Shown one piece after another: positions 48,401-59,002 of a stretch of DNA of 64,000 bases (positions within the stretch are counted from its first letter, which is position 1; every line of letters begins with the position of its first letter). The notes under the pieces were generated by a model. That model worked only from the letters and a program-made list of their open reading frames with translations. It was not told where the DNA came from and made no database searches. A program made the position numbers and the translations under genes. Location of the stretch: positions 1,922,001 to 1,986,000 of the forward strand of contig NW_025765192.1 of NCBI RefSeq assembly GCF_003918875.1, written 5' to 3'. This stretch comes from Haliotis rubra (Eukaryota).

Positions 48401-50874
48401 TATGCATGACATTAGGTTTTAGAGAAAACTTCAAGATTTTTGTAATGGGCACACTTGGGACAATGATGACACTGCAAGAGTAATGAAGGTGAAGCAGTTT
48501 TCTGGTAATAGGTAGACCAGTTATTTAAGGAGACAACAGTTTAAACCCAAGGTGTGCCTGGAACCTAAGCTCAAGGGTTCAATCCACAAATTTGTACCAT
48601 ATCACTGTTCATGGAATTCCCCAATGTTGTGAATGTCTCAGACCTCCACCACTACGTGATTTCCTGACATGTAGTGACACATCTCAAAAAGCATGCATTC
48701 ATTCATCTAGGTGAAATTTGTCAGACTTTAGTCCTGTGTACTATCATTTTCAGGTGCATCCTTTCAGTTGAGCTTGTGATGGAGTTGCTTGATGACTGGT
48801 CACGGTTTCATCATAGTTGTGGATAATCTTATTAGTAGTTGAAAGTAATTGCTGAATCATGCAGCAAATATATGGTAATTGCACAAATATCCAGGTGTAA
48901 ATGAGGGAAAGTTACAGTGGTACAAGGCAGCTGACTACTGTCATAGCTATGTATTCTAGCATCATCATTACTTTGTGGTAAATCTTGTGTAGATCATGAA
49001 ATTATGGTGAGTCTAAGAGAGGCATATACTATTTGACAAAAGTGTTTGAATTTCCTATATTTATTGTGTTAAAGTGACTCATTGTGTATAACATGTACTT
49101 GAGACAATTATATTGTGTAGAATTATATGAGACAATTATGTTTCTATATAAACAGTGTTAAAGCACAACTCTTGTAATGAAGTGATGATTATATGACCTC
49201 CCCCTAAAGGAACAGTGCCTATCACTAGTGCAAAGCAACGAATGCATGCACACCTCCATCATGTCCATACCTGTCTGTTCTTGAGGTACAGTGGCTGAGT
49301 CCTCCACGAAGATCCAAGTTCAAATTTGTCTTCATTAACCATGATTGTCGTAAGGCCAACTAGCAGGTGGTTAGGCTCCCTGACCTGATTGATGCATGTC
49401 ATTGCATCCCCTTTTTTTCTTCACCTTATGCTCACAATGTCAGTGACTCTCTTGTCTGGCCCAGACTCGATATGTTACAGATTGACTTCACATAACTGGA
49501 ATGTTTGCTCTGTAAACAACAACAAGAGGAACTAGTTTTATAGATTGACAACATACATTATCACAGGTCTCTCCATAGAACTTGTTCCCCTTCATCATAC
49601 TAGCTTCTGAATGCCACTTAAAGAAGTTTGTACATAACAAACAGACGTACAGTCTGGAGCACATTTAGTCAGAGGAAAATCATCTGAAGATTGTGTGCAA
49701 ATTATCCTAGGCTCAGTGGTTCAGGGATGGTGTAGATTGAAACCGTTGTTGTTTACCTTTAGACAATATACCACTGTTATTTCTTGAATACTGGTAATAC
49801 TCATGTTCCAAAGTGTGACTGTAGCATAATTAGTTACTGTCCAGAAAATGTTGAAAGTTGTACATATCTGGAATCTTTACTACCAGTAGCCAGGTTCATT
49901 TATGAAACAGTTAACCTACTCTGCTGAAGCATGGAAAACATATTTTTTAACTGGTAGTTGACAAATTTGTGACACAGGGATCATGAAAAGTGTTCACTAT
50001 TGTCACAATGCCAATTGAAAGCATGATACAGGAATGTTTGTAGAAAGTGTCTGAATATGATGTAGATGAAATCTTCTGCTCTTATTCCCACAAAAAAGCT
50101 AGTTAATCCATCTTGCTCTAACAGTGGTAACTAACTGAATGCAACAGCATCATGTTATGATTGATAATGATAATGTGATATGACTTGTTCTGAGGGATCA
50201 CATCAAAGCTGGATTTCATTCACACTTAGCAGGCTTCATGGCAGATATATATTATATATAATATGCCTATAAATTTGATACTTAAGTATTTAGCTTTGCA
50301 AACTCGTGACCACGTTGAGTTTAGTGTAAATTCAGAGAAAAGTTGTGTTTTAGAGAGCTAACTTTGTGAATATTATGTCTTCATGTTTTGATTTTGGGTA
50401 ATATTTGTGTTATTCTTAATTCTAGTTGTGTATATTAAATATGCAATCTATATATTAAAAATAGTCTTAACCTGACTTTATGAACATCTAAAAGTCCCAT
50501 TTGACAACGGTTAAACTGTCTTGGCCATGAAGTCTGGTGTTCTTTGACTTCCTTTGAGTAATGTCTACATCAGCACTGATTTTAATTAGGTTCTTCAGTT
50601 AGGTCTTAAAATGAATATTGACAGTGATATTAAATGATGAAATTTAAACATGAAGAAATATTGTAATGATAGCAGAGACATATGTTCTAGATTTGAAGGT
50701 GTTTCTCTGAGACAAGACAACTGAGATATTTGTGTTTACTTTGCAGAATCTCAGCCCTATCAGGAGGAGCTTGAGGGTGCCGTGGGCGGGGACGGTGTAG
50801 AGGGACAAGGCATTGCTGCACTACGATTGGACGATGATAATGAGTTTCCTCCAATGACACACAAGACTGATTGA
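21470..50874 (+). CDS. WIPI2: WD repeat domain phosphoinositide-interacting protein 2 (ATG18 orthologue, PROPPIN), ~440 aa
   Basis: Exons 21470-21540 ([24 protein letters not shown]), 21677-21759, 29449-29615 ([40 protein letters not shown]), 30631-30825, 33564-33656, 34089-34159 (FEFRRG phosphoinositide motif), 39393-39500 ([12 protein letters not shown]), 40287-40451, 41067-41174, 42444-42577 (or 42697), 50747-50874 ([18 protein letters not shown]). All are GT-AG and phase-consistent, total 1323 nt. The N- and C-termini match the WIPI2 pattern. Confidence 0.95.
24246..24426 (+). mobile_element. tRNA-derived SINE family A
   Basis: Same consensus with small internal duplications. Confidence 0.85.
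24593..25184 (-). mobile_element. Internally deleted Tc1/mariner transposon retaining the N-terminal DNA-binding domain
   Basis: ~28-bp TIRs (C/T)AGTA(CA/TG)ACCAGAAATTATTGAGAATTT and TA TSDs. ORF 24646-25002 has an HTH ([11 protein letters not shown]) and GRPRKL. Confidence 0.9.
25724..25830. mobile_element. Palindromic PIF/Harbinger-like MITE
   Basis: Arms ATTTTCGAAGCTCTCTTAGCTCTAAGATAGTCGT / ACGACTATCTTAGGGCTAAGAGAGCTTCGAAAAT; 3-bp TSD CAG. Confidence 0.75.
26351..26586 (+). mobile_element. SINE family B
   Basis: GGTCCGGGTTAGAA..CCTTCAGTAACCCATGCTTGTCGTAAGAGGCGACTAA through to the ACTCACTCAC tail. Confidence 0.88.
27716..27868 (+). mobile_element. tRNA-derived SINE family A
   Basis: Same consensus; flanked by near-identical TATGGTTGA. 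Confidence 0.85.
29663..29994. mobile_element. Small non-autonomous DNA transposon (MITE)
   Basis: TIRs AGTGTTCACGAAT / ATTCGTGAACACT; GTGGT flanks both sides. Confidence 0.55.
34192..38645 (+). mobile_element. DIRS1-type tyrosine-recombinase retrotransposon, degenerate and internally deleted, in WIPI2 intron 6
   Basis: Inverted terminal repeats ~34200-34367 / ~38444-38611, a right-end extension to ~38645, and an internal complementary region ~38290-38362 that matches both outer ends. Contains a Cys-rich gag start (34532 [16 protein letters not shown]), RT, RNase H and a short YR remnant. Confidence 0.92.
36600..38030 (+). pseudogene. DIRS reverse transcriptase-RNase H, interrupted by stops and frameshifts
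   Basis: RT motifs [52 protein letters not shown]. RNase H motifs [40 protein letters not shown]. These are split across ORFs 36353, 36916 and 37318 and downstream frames. Confidence 0.9.
40489..40733 (+). mobile_element. SINE family B with TSD
   Basis: TSD TCTGATTTTCATT at 40476-40488 and 40734-40746. Older, diverged or partial copies lie near 11367, 19452, 19835, 33060, 33250, 46930, 49305 and 53140. Confidence 0.9.
41302..41459 (-). mobile_element. tRNA-derived SINE family A
   Basis: Reverse complement of the consensus; TSD TTTGGCAGT. Confidence 0.88.
41590..42290. repeat. ~29-bp minisatellite interrupted by a SINE
   Basis: Unit CATATCTCACACTGGTACATGCTAGGGCA with variants. Confidence 0.92.
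41834..42004 (+). mobile_element. tRNA-derived SINE family A inserted into a 29-bp minisatellite
   Basis: TSD TCATACAGGTAC; (AGTC)n tail. Confidence 0.9.
44241..44790. mobile_element. Fold-back Tc1/mariner MITE (~550 bp, ~250-bp arms)
   Basis: Ends TAGTCCGTTTGG..CGGACCGATGAATTGCAAT inverted; TA TSD on both sides. Confidence 0.9.
45110..46360. repeat. 56-bp minisatellite split by a Helentron-like insertion
   Basis: Unit TATAGACATACTGGGTTATTGGTGATGCAACTGGGGATAGTTGTCCTTATATTTAG; ~2.5 copies before and ~9 after the insertion. Confidence 0.92.
45251..45836 (+). mobile_element. Non-autonomous Helentron/HINE (DINE-1/pearl-like) element
   Basis: SubTIR ATCCTCCGCAA with adjacent inverted TTGTGGGGGT, (GTCC/GTGC)n microsatellite, ~2.3 central 171-bp repeats, 3' subTIR TTGCGGGGGAT plus a short hairpin; inserted into a T-run. 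Confidence 0.8.
47596..47760 (+). mobile_element. tRNA-derived SINE family A
   Basis: Consensus match; TSD CACAACCAT. Confidence 0.88.
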
Positions 50875-52245
50875 TCTTTGAAGTTCATTGGCTGAATACA
50901 GATGTCACATTTACATTGATTAGTTACAATTAAAATGAACATTGACAGATAGAAATACTGTAACTATCATTTAATGCAAATATACAAGATAGATCTAAAT
51001 TGACTGACTTTACTTAGCATTATAATATGATGAAAATTCTTCAAATTTTGATTTAATTTATTCATTTATATAACAAAGAAATACAATGGATTGGGGGAAA
51101 AATAAGGTTACAGTTGGCAAATGAATTTCGTTTGCATTTAGCATCAAATATGCCATAACCGTGATACAGAAGTAAGATGATTGTGAAATGTTTTGAAAGA
51201 TTAATGACAATAGATTAATTATCAGTTATATTTTGTTTATTGTTTTGCTTTTTAGAGAACAATATTTATTGTTGAAAATAGTTCCTACAAATATTCAATG
51301 ATATGGTGAAAGGTGATTTCACATGTTTGTTTTAGGGTAAACATGGTGACGTGACATGAACAGTTACTGTTATGGTGTTTTAGTGTTCAATGCATCATAT
51401 ACAAACTTACATAGGTTGAAGGTGCATTTCATTTTTTTGTCCATTTACTATCAAAGGGTGAGAAATATTGCTTACTATTAATGTGATATTCTTGGGGCTT
51501 CGAAAAATTCATTTCAAAATTTCAGCTAATAGTATATATGTGTTCAACTTTCAATGCTATTTTAAAATTTCCAGCGTGCACATTTCCTTCAAAACTTCAA
51601 TTCAAGATGAATTTATATTTTGCTAAATTGCAGCATATAGTCCTTGACTGTAGCATGTGTTGTTGTCAAATGAGGGGTTATTTTCTTTACTATCCAAAAG
51701 TAATGTCAGCCAGACAAGAGACACATGTGTGGGCTACACTTGGCAGAGTTGCTTCCCTTTGCATCAGGATCCACTGGTCATGTGTTCGAATCCCAGATTA
51801 GCCCTGATTATGGTTGTGGTTTGTCAGCACAATACCAAGGCTTGCCAAAGTGGCAGTTGTCTACAACCTGCACCGCTTGGACAATTATCTGATGTTAACG
51901 TGATATCCGTGGTGTACGATATGACTTGAATGTGTTTGTTACATGTAGATTACATGTCTGTGGGGTTGCAGGCTGTCACTGCCAGTCTTCCAGTGATGTA
52001 GTTCCATTTCTAAAACAAAGTGGATTCTTCTGTTGGCATTTGGATCGTATATATGCTATGAATTGCTTTTGTATTCTTAAGAATTATATTACTTTGTACA
52101 ATAATCTGTACCAGCAAATACTGATATTTTCTTCTAGTAATTGCTCAAAAATGAATCAATATTCATATTCAATACTTCTTACATTGTCAATTAAAAGTAA
52201 GAAAGAATAATATGGAAAAGCCATATGGAAACTTACTGGAAAGGT

Positions 52246-52409
52246 GGGCGGTTGGGGTAGCCTTGTTGTTAAAGCATTCACTCGTCACGCCGAAGTCCCA
52301 GCTTCAACTCCCCACATGGGTACAATGTGTGAAGCCCATTTCTGGTGTCCACCTGCCGTGATGTTGCTCGAAAATTGCTAAAAGTGGTGTAAAAGTAAAC
52401 TTATTCATA
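52246..52409 (+). mobile_element. tRNA-derived SINE family A, diverged, possibly within the WIPI2 3' UTR
   Basis: Consensus match; TSD TACTG(G/A)AAAGGTG. Confidence 0.8.
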
Positions 52410-53955
52410 CTGAAAAGGTGTGAGAATAATGTTGGTACAATGTAAGGTTTAACAATTAAGACGTCATCATTTGTCACCGGGAAGCAGTTGGTACCCTATT
52501 CACCATACAGCAAGGGTGTGCATATATTGAATTCCTTCTATTTGATGATGATATGAATACTATTTTTCTTGGATTGATGTGACTATTTAGTCTGATAGCT
52601 TATGTCGCTCACATTGCATATATCGGGTTTGGAAAATTCTTCATTTTATTATAGACTTTTATGCCAAAAGATACATAAATATGTTACATGTCTTTGGCAT
52701 TACTGTAGTATAGGAGGGTGTAGCATAAAAAAATGTTGAAGGTTTTCTACATGTTCTTTCAGTGTCACATGGTAATTCTTAGTTGTTTCAATATACAGTT
52801 GTCATTGATATCATACAACATTGAAAAAGAATTTTTGGACATAACCGACACATTTTGCACCTCAGATTTTTCAATGGCCTTATGTTATAATGGAGGACTT
52901 CATCAACTTTCTATAGCAAGGTGATCTGAAAAATAGGCCTTTTCCAACTGAATATGCTTCAGCAGTTTTGCCTGTCTATAAGTCTCAGTAATGCAACTAT
53001 TGGTCTTCTTGGCAAATCTGTTTGGTGTAGAAAACTGACGTGTCTTAACACATTGTTGACACACGGCACCTTAATCACTGTCATTCAGGGTAACATTTCC
53101 CTATTCCTCCTATTTCATCTTGTGTGGATTCCAGGTTAGAACATCAGTTATCTGTGTGCTGGAGAGATAAGTGGGATGGGTAGGCAACTTTGGTGAATTG
53201 GTTTATTATATATCATTGTACCCTAACAGCTCAGATCTTTGCTCATAGTATCAATCACTAGAGTATCTGGTATAGATGCAATTAGTTACAAGCCCCCATG
53301 TTAGAACTTAAATATTGCTGAGTGGTGGTAAACAACAAACAAGGAATACCTTTGATATTTTATCATGTGAACTATAAAACAGTCACTATAATTGTATTTA
53401 TCACCTATAACCATGTGGTGTATTACATTTCATTGAAATATATTTCAAATCTTTCAATGCAAACATCATCCTGAGGTGTGAAGAACAAAAATATTGACAA
53501 TGCTAATGAGACTGATATTATGGTTTTATTTTTTTCTTGTCATTGAGTATGCAAGATATATTGACCACAATATCAAGTCTGCTTTCTTATCTATGCTTTG
53601 TAAATGTTGATGTATGGCATGCTAATTTTATATTGCTGTATGTTATGTAAATTTTCTTACAAGACAGTGTACAGATTCCCAGTGTGTAAAACCAGTGTCA
53701 GTGTAAATATACACCTTGTAAAGCACAATGTGAATCAAGTCCACATTTCATTGACTGCCCTTTGTAGCAAATTATATATTCATATTCTAACTTATCAGAA
53801 TTATGCGCATGGTTCATGTTTCAAGGTCATATGCTCAGTTCGTTGGCAAAAAATGTTGGTTTGACATCCATAATTTTGAAGTCACTTTGTCAGTGAGAAA
53901 TCTTCATTGGCATGGAATTCTCACTGTATTGTCAATTAATTGTATTTCATGGAAC

Positions 53956-54715
53956 CACAGGCTAATTGTAGCGCAAATAGGGTTGCACATCAGACAGAAA
54001 ATGACCAGTCTTCCCATATGCGAGCGAAGCAAGCAAAGGTTGGCAACGTGCTTCCCTCGCTTCGGTTTGAAAAATATTTTTAGTGTCAAAATAAAATATC
54101 GCCATCATCAAAGGTTGACACCCATGTCCTCACAGAGTTGTGCTCTCAGATTTCCAACCTCATATTTAATAATTACTCACGTACAATATATTTAATTCAA
54201 CATTTTAAGCCCCATTCGTGGCATGTCAAATTGTTCTTTTCCTCCATTACCCCTGCCAGCTTCCCGGTTCAACGGAGTGAAGGAACAGTGGAGTTAAATT
54301 TAAATATGCTTTCATCTACCCGTTACGCCAGTAGTGTTTCTGTAGAATAAATTTTGAAAATTCTAACAATAACGACGGCAGATAAGAAAAATAATCCCCA
54401 ACAGTTTAACGGTAAAATTATACAATATGATATTTGTGTTTAATTTCTGCTTATTCTTGTTCCTTCACTCCGTTGAACCGGAAGCTGTCAGGGGTAATGG
54501 AGGCGAAGATTGATTTGACATGCCACAATTTGCACTTAAATTGTTGAATTAAATATATTGTATGTGAGTAATTATTAAATATGAGTATTAAAAATATTTT
54601 TCGAACCGAAGCGAGGGAAGCACGTTGCCAACCTTTGCCCGCTTCGCTCGCATATGGGAAGACTGGTCATTTTCTCTTTGTTGCACAACCCTATTTGCGC
54701 TACAATTTGCCTGTG
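53956..54715. mobile_element. Fold-back MITE of probable P-element superfamily
   Basis: CACAGG..CCTGTG termini (CANRG), long inverted arms, 7-bp TSD ATGGAAC at 53949-53955 and 54716-54722. Confidence 0.85.
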
Positions 54716-55407
54716 ATGGAACATAGCTGTTCACTATAATTTGTTCTTTAAGTCAGATTTAATTATATGACCCACTTCAAAATTCAGCCAGTGAAGATGG
54801 ACTGTTTTTGCCTTGTTAATGTTTAAAGCATACTTCACTTTGGACCAAGACCTGTTTCCAGAGACTTGTAACAGCTTGTGTTCATTATGGCACAAGCTGC
54901 TTGTACTTTTTTCTGGAACAGGATGTACTATAAGGACATACACATGTCTAGTCCAGTGACAAGATTGACTTGAAGTGTTGTTAATGTCAGGCTTTCTTCT
55001 GTCATGTCATCGCAATGTGATCGGGCGGAGTTCAAATGCTCCATAGATATTGTGGAGTTTAATAAATTTTACAATCTGCATTTTGTTATGTTGTTGGTAA
55101 CAACTTGAAGGACACCGATTCTGATGACCTACAACTTTTAAGGCTTCAGCAGCTACAGGCAATGAAGAAACGCACTGTTCTCATAATCTTTCCACTGGGG
55201 GAATGGGTAGAACTTGCAGAGTTGCATTTCTGAAGTGTGCATCAATCTTTTGGTGAATGGATAGGTCAATGCAAAGTGAATTTGGGTTGGCCTCTACCTG
55301 GTATGGAACAATAGCTGTTAAAATTCTTCAAAGGCATTTAGAAGTTGGTGGAGTAATACAAGACAAATGTTATGGATAAGAAGTTATTGATTTTTTTTTT
55401 CCCCCAT

Positions 55408-55473
55408 GTTTCTGGGCTAGTTCTTGCCCCTTGATCCACCTGAAGAAGGGGCAAGAACTAGCCCAGAAACGTT
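55408..55473 (+). ncRNA. Palindromic Penelope-like remnant with minimal hammerhead ribozyme core
   Basis: Perfect 25-bp arms 55408-55432 / 55446-55470; CTGAAGA-A-GGGGC(AAGAACTA)GCCC-A-GAAACGTT. Confidence 0.55.
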
Positions 55474-56009
55474 ATGAAAAATTTGTCTTGGAATAGCTGT
55501 TAACATCTACATTTACATTTACAAAGGTTGATGGGATATATAAACAGGCTCACATAACTTCAGACCCTTAGACCCTAGCCAGTGTCAAAACAGATCACCA
55601 GTACCCTCTGTTTGTCCGTATAGGTGACTTGTTCTGGTTAGGGTGATATGGTTGAATAACTTGTTTGAATGTTTCACATTGTACCATGATTCGATTGTTT
55701 ACGTATTTATTTACGTGATATATCTGTTATTTTACTGACTAAAAAACAGTGTTAAATAACTGAACAACTATGTCGCGTACGGAACTCAATACTCCTAACC
55801 ATATTCTATCCTTACGAAACCCAGCCAAAACCTGTAACCCTGAACTAAGTGATACGCTACATATTTCTATGTTTGAAATACAGGAACATATGTTGAAATA
55901 TATATATATTTTAATGGTCGTGAATGTAGGACATGCTTCATTTAGTTTACAATTTTAAATGTATGACAAATCTATGCAGTTTATCTCATCTGATGTGTCT
56001 ACCAGAATC

Positions 56010-56323
56010 GATCGTCTCCGTGGTGTAGTAGTGAGGCGTCCGCCCAGAGATCGAAATGTCGCGGGTTAAATCCCCGGCCGCGTCATACCAAAAGACGTTA
56101 AAATGTGCTTGTGGGTCCCTGCCTGGCGCTCGGCATTAATGGCTACGACAAGGACTGGTCGGCTCGGAGTGGTATCTCAGTGCGACATGGTATCTCAGTG
56201 AGCTAGCACGATAAAACCAAATCTGTTCTAGTACAAGCAGCCACACATACACACGCATGCACGCCGTTACATGAGCGAAATAATCTTAAGTACGACGTTA
56301 AACCCCATTTTACCTCACTTCAC
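56010..56323 (+). mobile_element. tRNA-derived SINE family C (resembles molluscan RUDI/V-SINE body; from recall, not searched)
   Basis: tRNA-like head, body GTCATACCAAAAGACGTTAAAA..GGACTGGTCGGCTCG..CAGTGAGCTAGCAC, TSD CTACC(A/G)GAATC. Confidence 0.8.
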
Positions 56324-56567
56324 CTACCGGAATCCTGTATAATAATCTTCAAAAGCAAACATTATTATGCTTCAGACTGTTGAAGGTAAATGAATCACCA
56401 ACCCCCAAATATTTGTTGCAAGGTGGTTTATATGAGAAGATGGTAAGGCTCAGTATTATTGAACAAGGCTATGGTGAGGGTGTATTCATTACTAGGTGTA
56501 TATTGGGGACTCGCCTTTTATACTGCTTTTAACCATATACTGCCATTATGTGATTGATGACTGTGGA

Positions 56568-56733
56568 GGGGCGGTGCGGTAGCCTAGTGGTTGAAGCGTT
56601 GGCTCGCCACGCCGAAGACCCGGGTTCGATTCCCCACATTGGCACAATGTGTGAAGCCCATTTCTGGTGTCCCCCGCCGTGATATTGCTGGAATGTTGCT
56701 AAAAGCGGCGTAAAACTAAACTCAGTCAGTCAG
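56568..56733 (+). mobile_element. tRNA-derived SINE family A, young copy
   Basis: Near-perfect consensus; TSD TGATGACTGTGG. Confidence 0.92.
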
Positions 56734-58443
56734 TGATGACTGTGGTGTGTTATTATCATTCCGCCTGTCTGCCATTAGAACGTGAGATCGGTCGTTCAAG
56801 CACTTGCCGCAGCTTAGCAAAAGAATTTACAATGCTGAGCCATGAATTCACGCCATTTTGTAAGTGCAAGAATCATAACTGCCAAGTCAAACCACATTTC
56901 ACCTCGCCTCACCACATAACGTTTCAATCTCAACCCAACATTATACCACAAGAACACCTAGATCGTGGTTATCTAAATAGGAACTAATATGTCCCCATTG
57001 CTTTGTATGCAGAGCTGTTTCAAAGTGAAATAACCACCGGTAATAAAATGTTAATGGTTCATTCGCATTAGAACATTGGTGATGATTGATTGAACGATCA
57101 ATGTTCTGCGATAAAGCTCACGTCGACTAGGAAGGGTCACTTTAGCTGGTGGTGGGTATCAGAACCAAGCCATACACGACCGTTCACGTTTCATGAATGT
57201 GCTGACAACAATAATCAGCTCCATCCATTCCAAAACATTTCTGGACCAAACTCATGTTCGTTTTATGCGTTAAATGCAATCGTTTGACATGGTTATTAAG
57301 CCAGACATGTGTTTGCACGTTTCTTTGCAGACTACAGTACCATAAGTAAAGACAAGGATTACTCTGTTAGAATAATGATTTCAAATCAAAACGCAGTTCG
57401 ACATACAACTGAGATGGTAAAAAGTTACCGAAACGCCACTTTTCTAACTTACATGAAAAAAAACAAACTATTTAATATTTGATTGATTAAATGCACGGCT
57501 AATTTTCAAGGGATTTTTTGTGTATAACAAACCAGTTTGTAGAGTTATAATGGTAAAGCTATATTCCAAGGTAGCCATTTAGAAACACTGTGACTGAAAG
57601 ATGTATGTACAATACACAAATACACACACACATCCAGACACATATATATGTCAGTGTGTGTAAGTATATGTGTGTGTGTGTGTCTATGTTTGTACACAAG
57701 TACTATCTAATTTTAATGCTAATCATATTTCGTATTGTTTAACCAGATTTGCACGATCGTTCCACTAAAACTGGAAAAGTGAAGAATCTGGCAACTATTT
57801 AACTTAAATACCATAAAGATTTGTCTCACTTTCTTTTTTGGGGTGTCCAGTTCCATCTGTGCTTAGGACCTTAAATGTATCACTTTTTCGACCCGAATGA
57901 CTTAAAGGAGAATACGAGTGAATTGAAATAATTTGCTGGGTGAAAGATAAAGTCATCAGAAACATATTCCCAAATTTTCAATTAAAAATTATGTATAATT
58001 ATGTTTTAATCGCGAAAACAGTTTCTGTAAATCTCAGCTTCGGCCATTATGCATATTTCGCTGGAACCGACGTGACCTTTCCGCTCGTGACGTCAAAAGT
58101 GTCTGGAGTCCGCCATATTGTCAAAGACCAAGCGCTACAGTAGTACAAATCGTGTTGTTTCTGTCGTTTTTGTAAATGGTACGATGGTGTATTCTGTTGC
58201 CTGGGGATGCATGGAATCATTTCTTCCGTTTTCCAAATAAAGAGACAGACTTAGACAGGAGAAATGCTCCGATCATTCCAAGTCGGACGCATATGAAAGA
58301 GACAAGCACACATGGGGCATACAAATCCCAAAGCTAGGCTGAAGAAGGAAGAATTACCCACGAGATTCATTTATATTCCATCATTCCCTGTTACAGCTTA
58401 CTGTCAGTGGTATTTTTAACATAAATTAAAACAAGTACGATTG

Positions 58444-59002
58444 CCAGTCGAATTACCCCCGCTGCAAATTGCCCCAGCAAATTTGGTCAAATTGCCCCGG
58501 GGTTTTGTCAAATTGCCCCAGGGGGTAGTTAAAATGCCCCGATTTATTTAAAATAATTAAATATAGGCCATGAATGCATATTTTTGTCAACTTTGATATT
58601 ATGTTCTTCATATAAAAGTATATACATAGTTATGAGTTTACTGATGGAACATTTATCAGAAATATTACTTCTTAATAACTTTTATATGAAGAACATAATA
58701 TCAAAGTTGTCAAAAACTATGCTGACTGACTGACTGAGTTTGGTTTTACGCCGCTTTTAGCAATATTCCAGCAATATCACGGCGGGGGGACACCAGAAAT
58801 GGGATTCACTCATTGTACCTTGTGGGGATTCGAAACCGGGTTTTCGGCGTGAAGAGCGAACGCTTTAACCACTAGACTACCCCGACGCCCCCATAAACTA
58901 TGCATTTACGGCATATATTTAATCATTTTAAATAAATTTGACCAAATTAGAACGAATGACCAAATTTGCTGGGGCATTTTGTAGCTGGGGCAGTTCCACT
59001 GG
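58444..59002. mobile_element. Palindromic MITE nested in the Kolobok element
   Basis: TIRs CCAGT(C/G)GAA..GCCCCAGCAAATTTGGTC; internal AAATTGCCCC repeats and inverted arms. Confidence 0.75.
58723..58892 (-). mobile_element. tRNA-derived SINE family A nested in a MITE nested in the Kolobok element
   Basis: TSD AAACTATGC at 58714-58722 and 58895-58903. Additional partial family A copies lie near 25240, 30065 and 39181. Confidence 0.9.

Noticed and set aside
46400-50700. Short ORFs in the last WIPI2 intron
   Set aside because: No recognisable motifs or consistent exon chain; this is expected noise in AT-rich DNA.
56568-56640. tRNA genes (also at 17785, 41834, 47596, 56010)
   Set aside because: The tRNA-like heads run into a shared body and tail and are bounded by TSDs, so they are SINEs.
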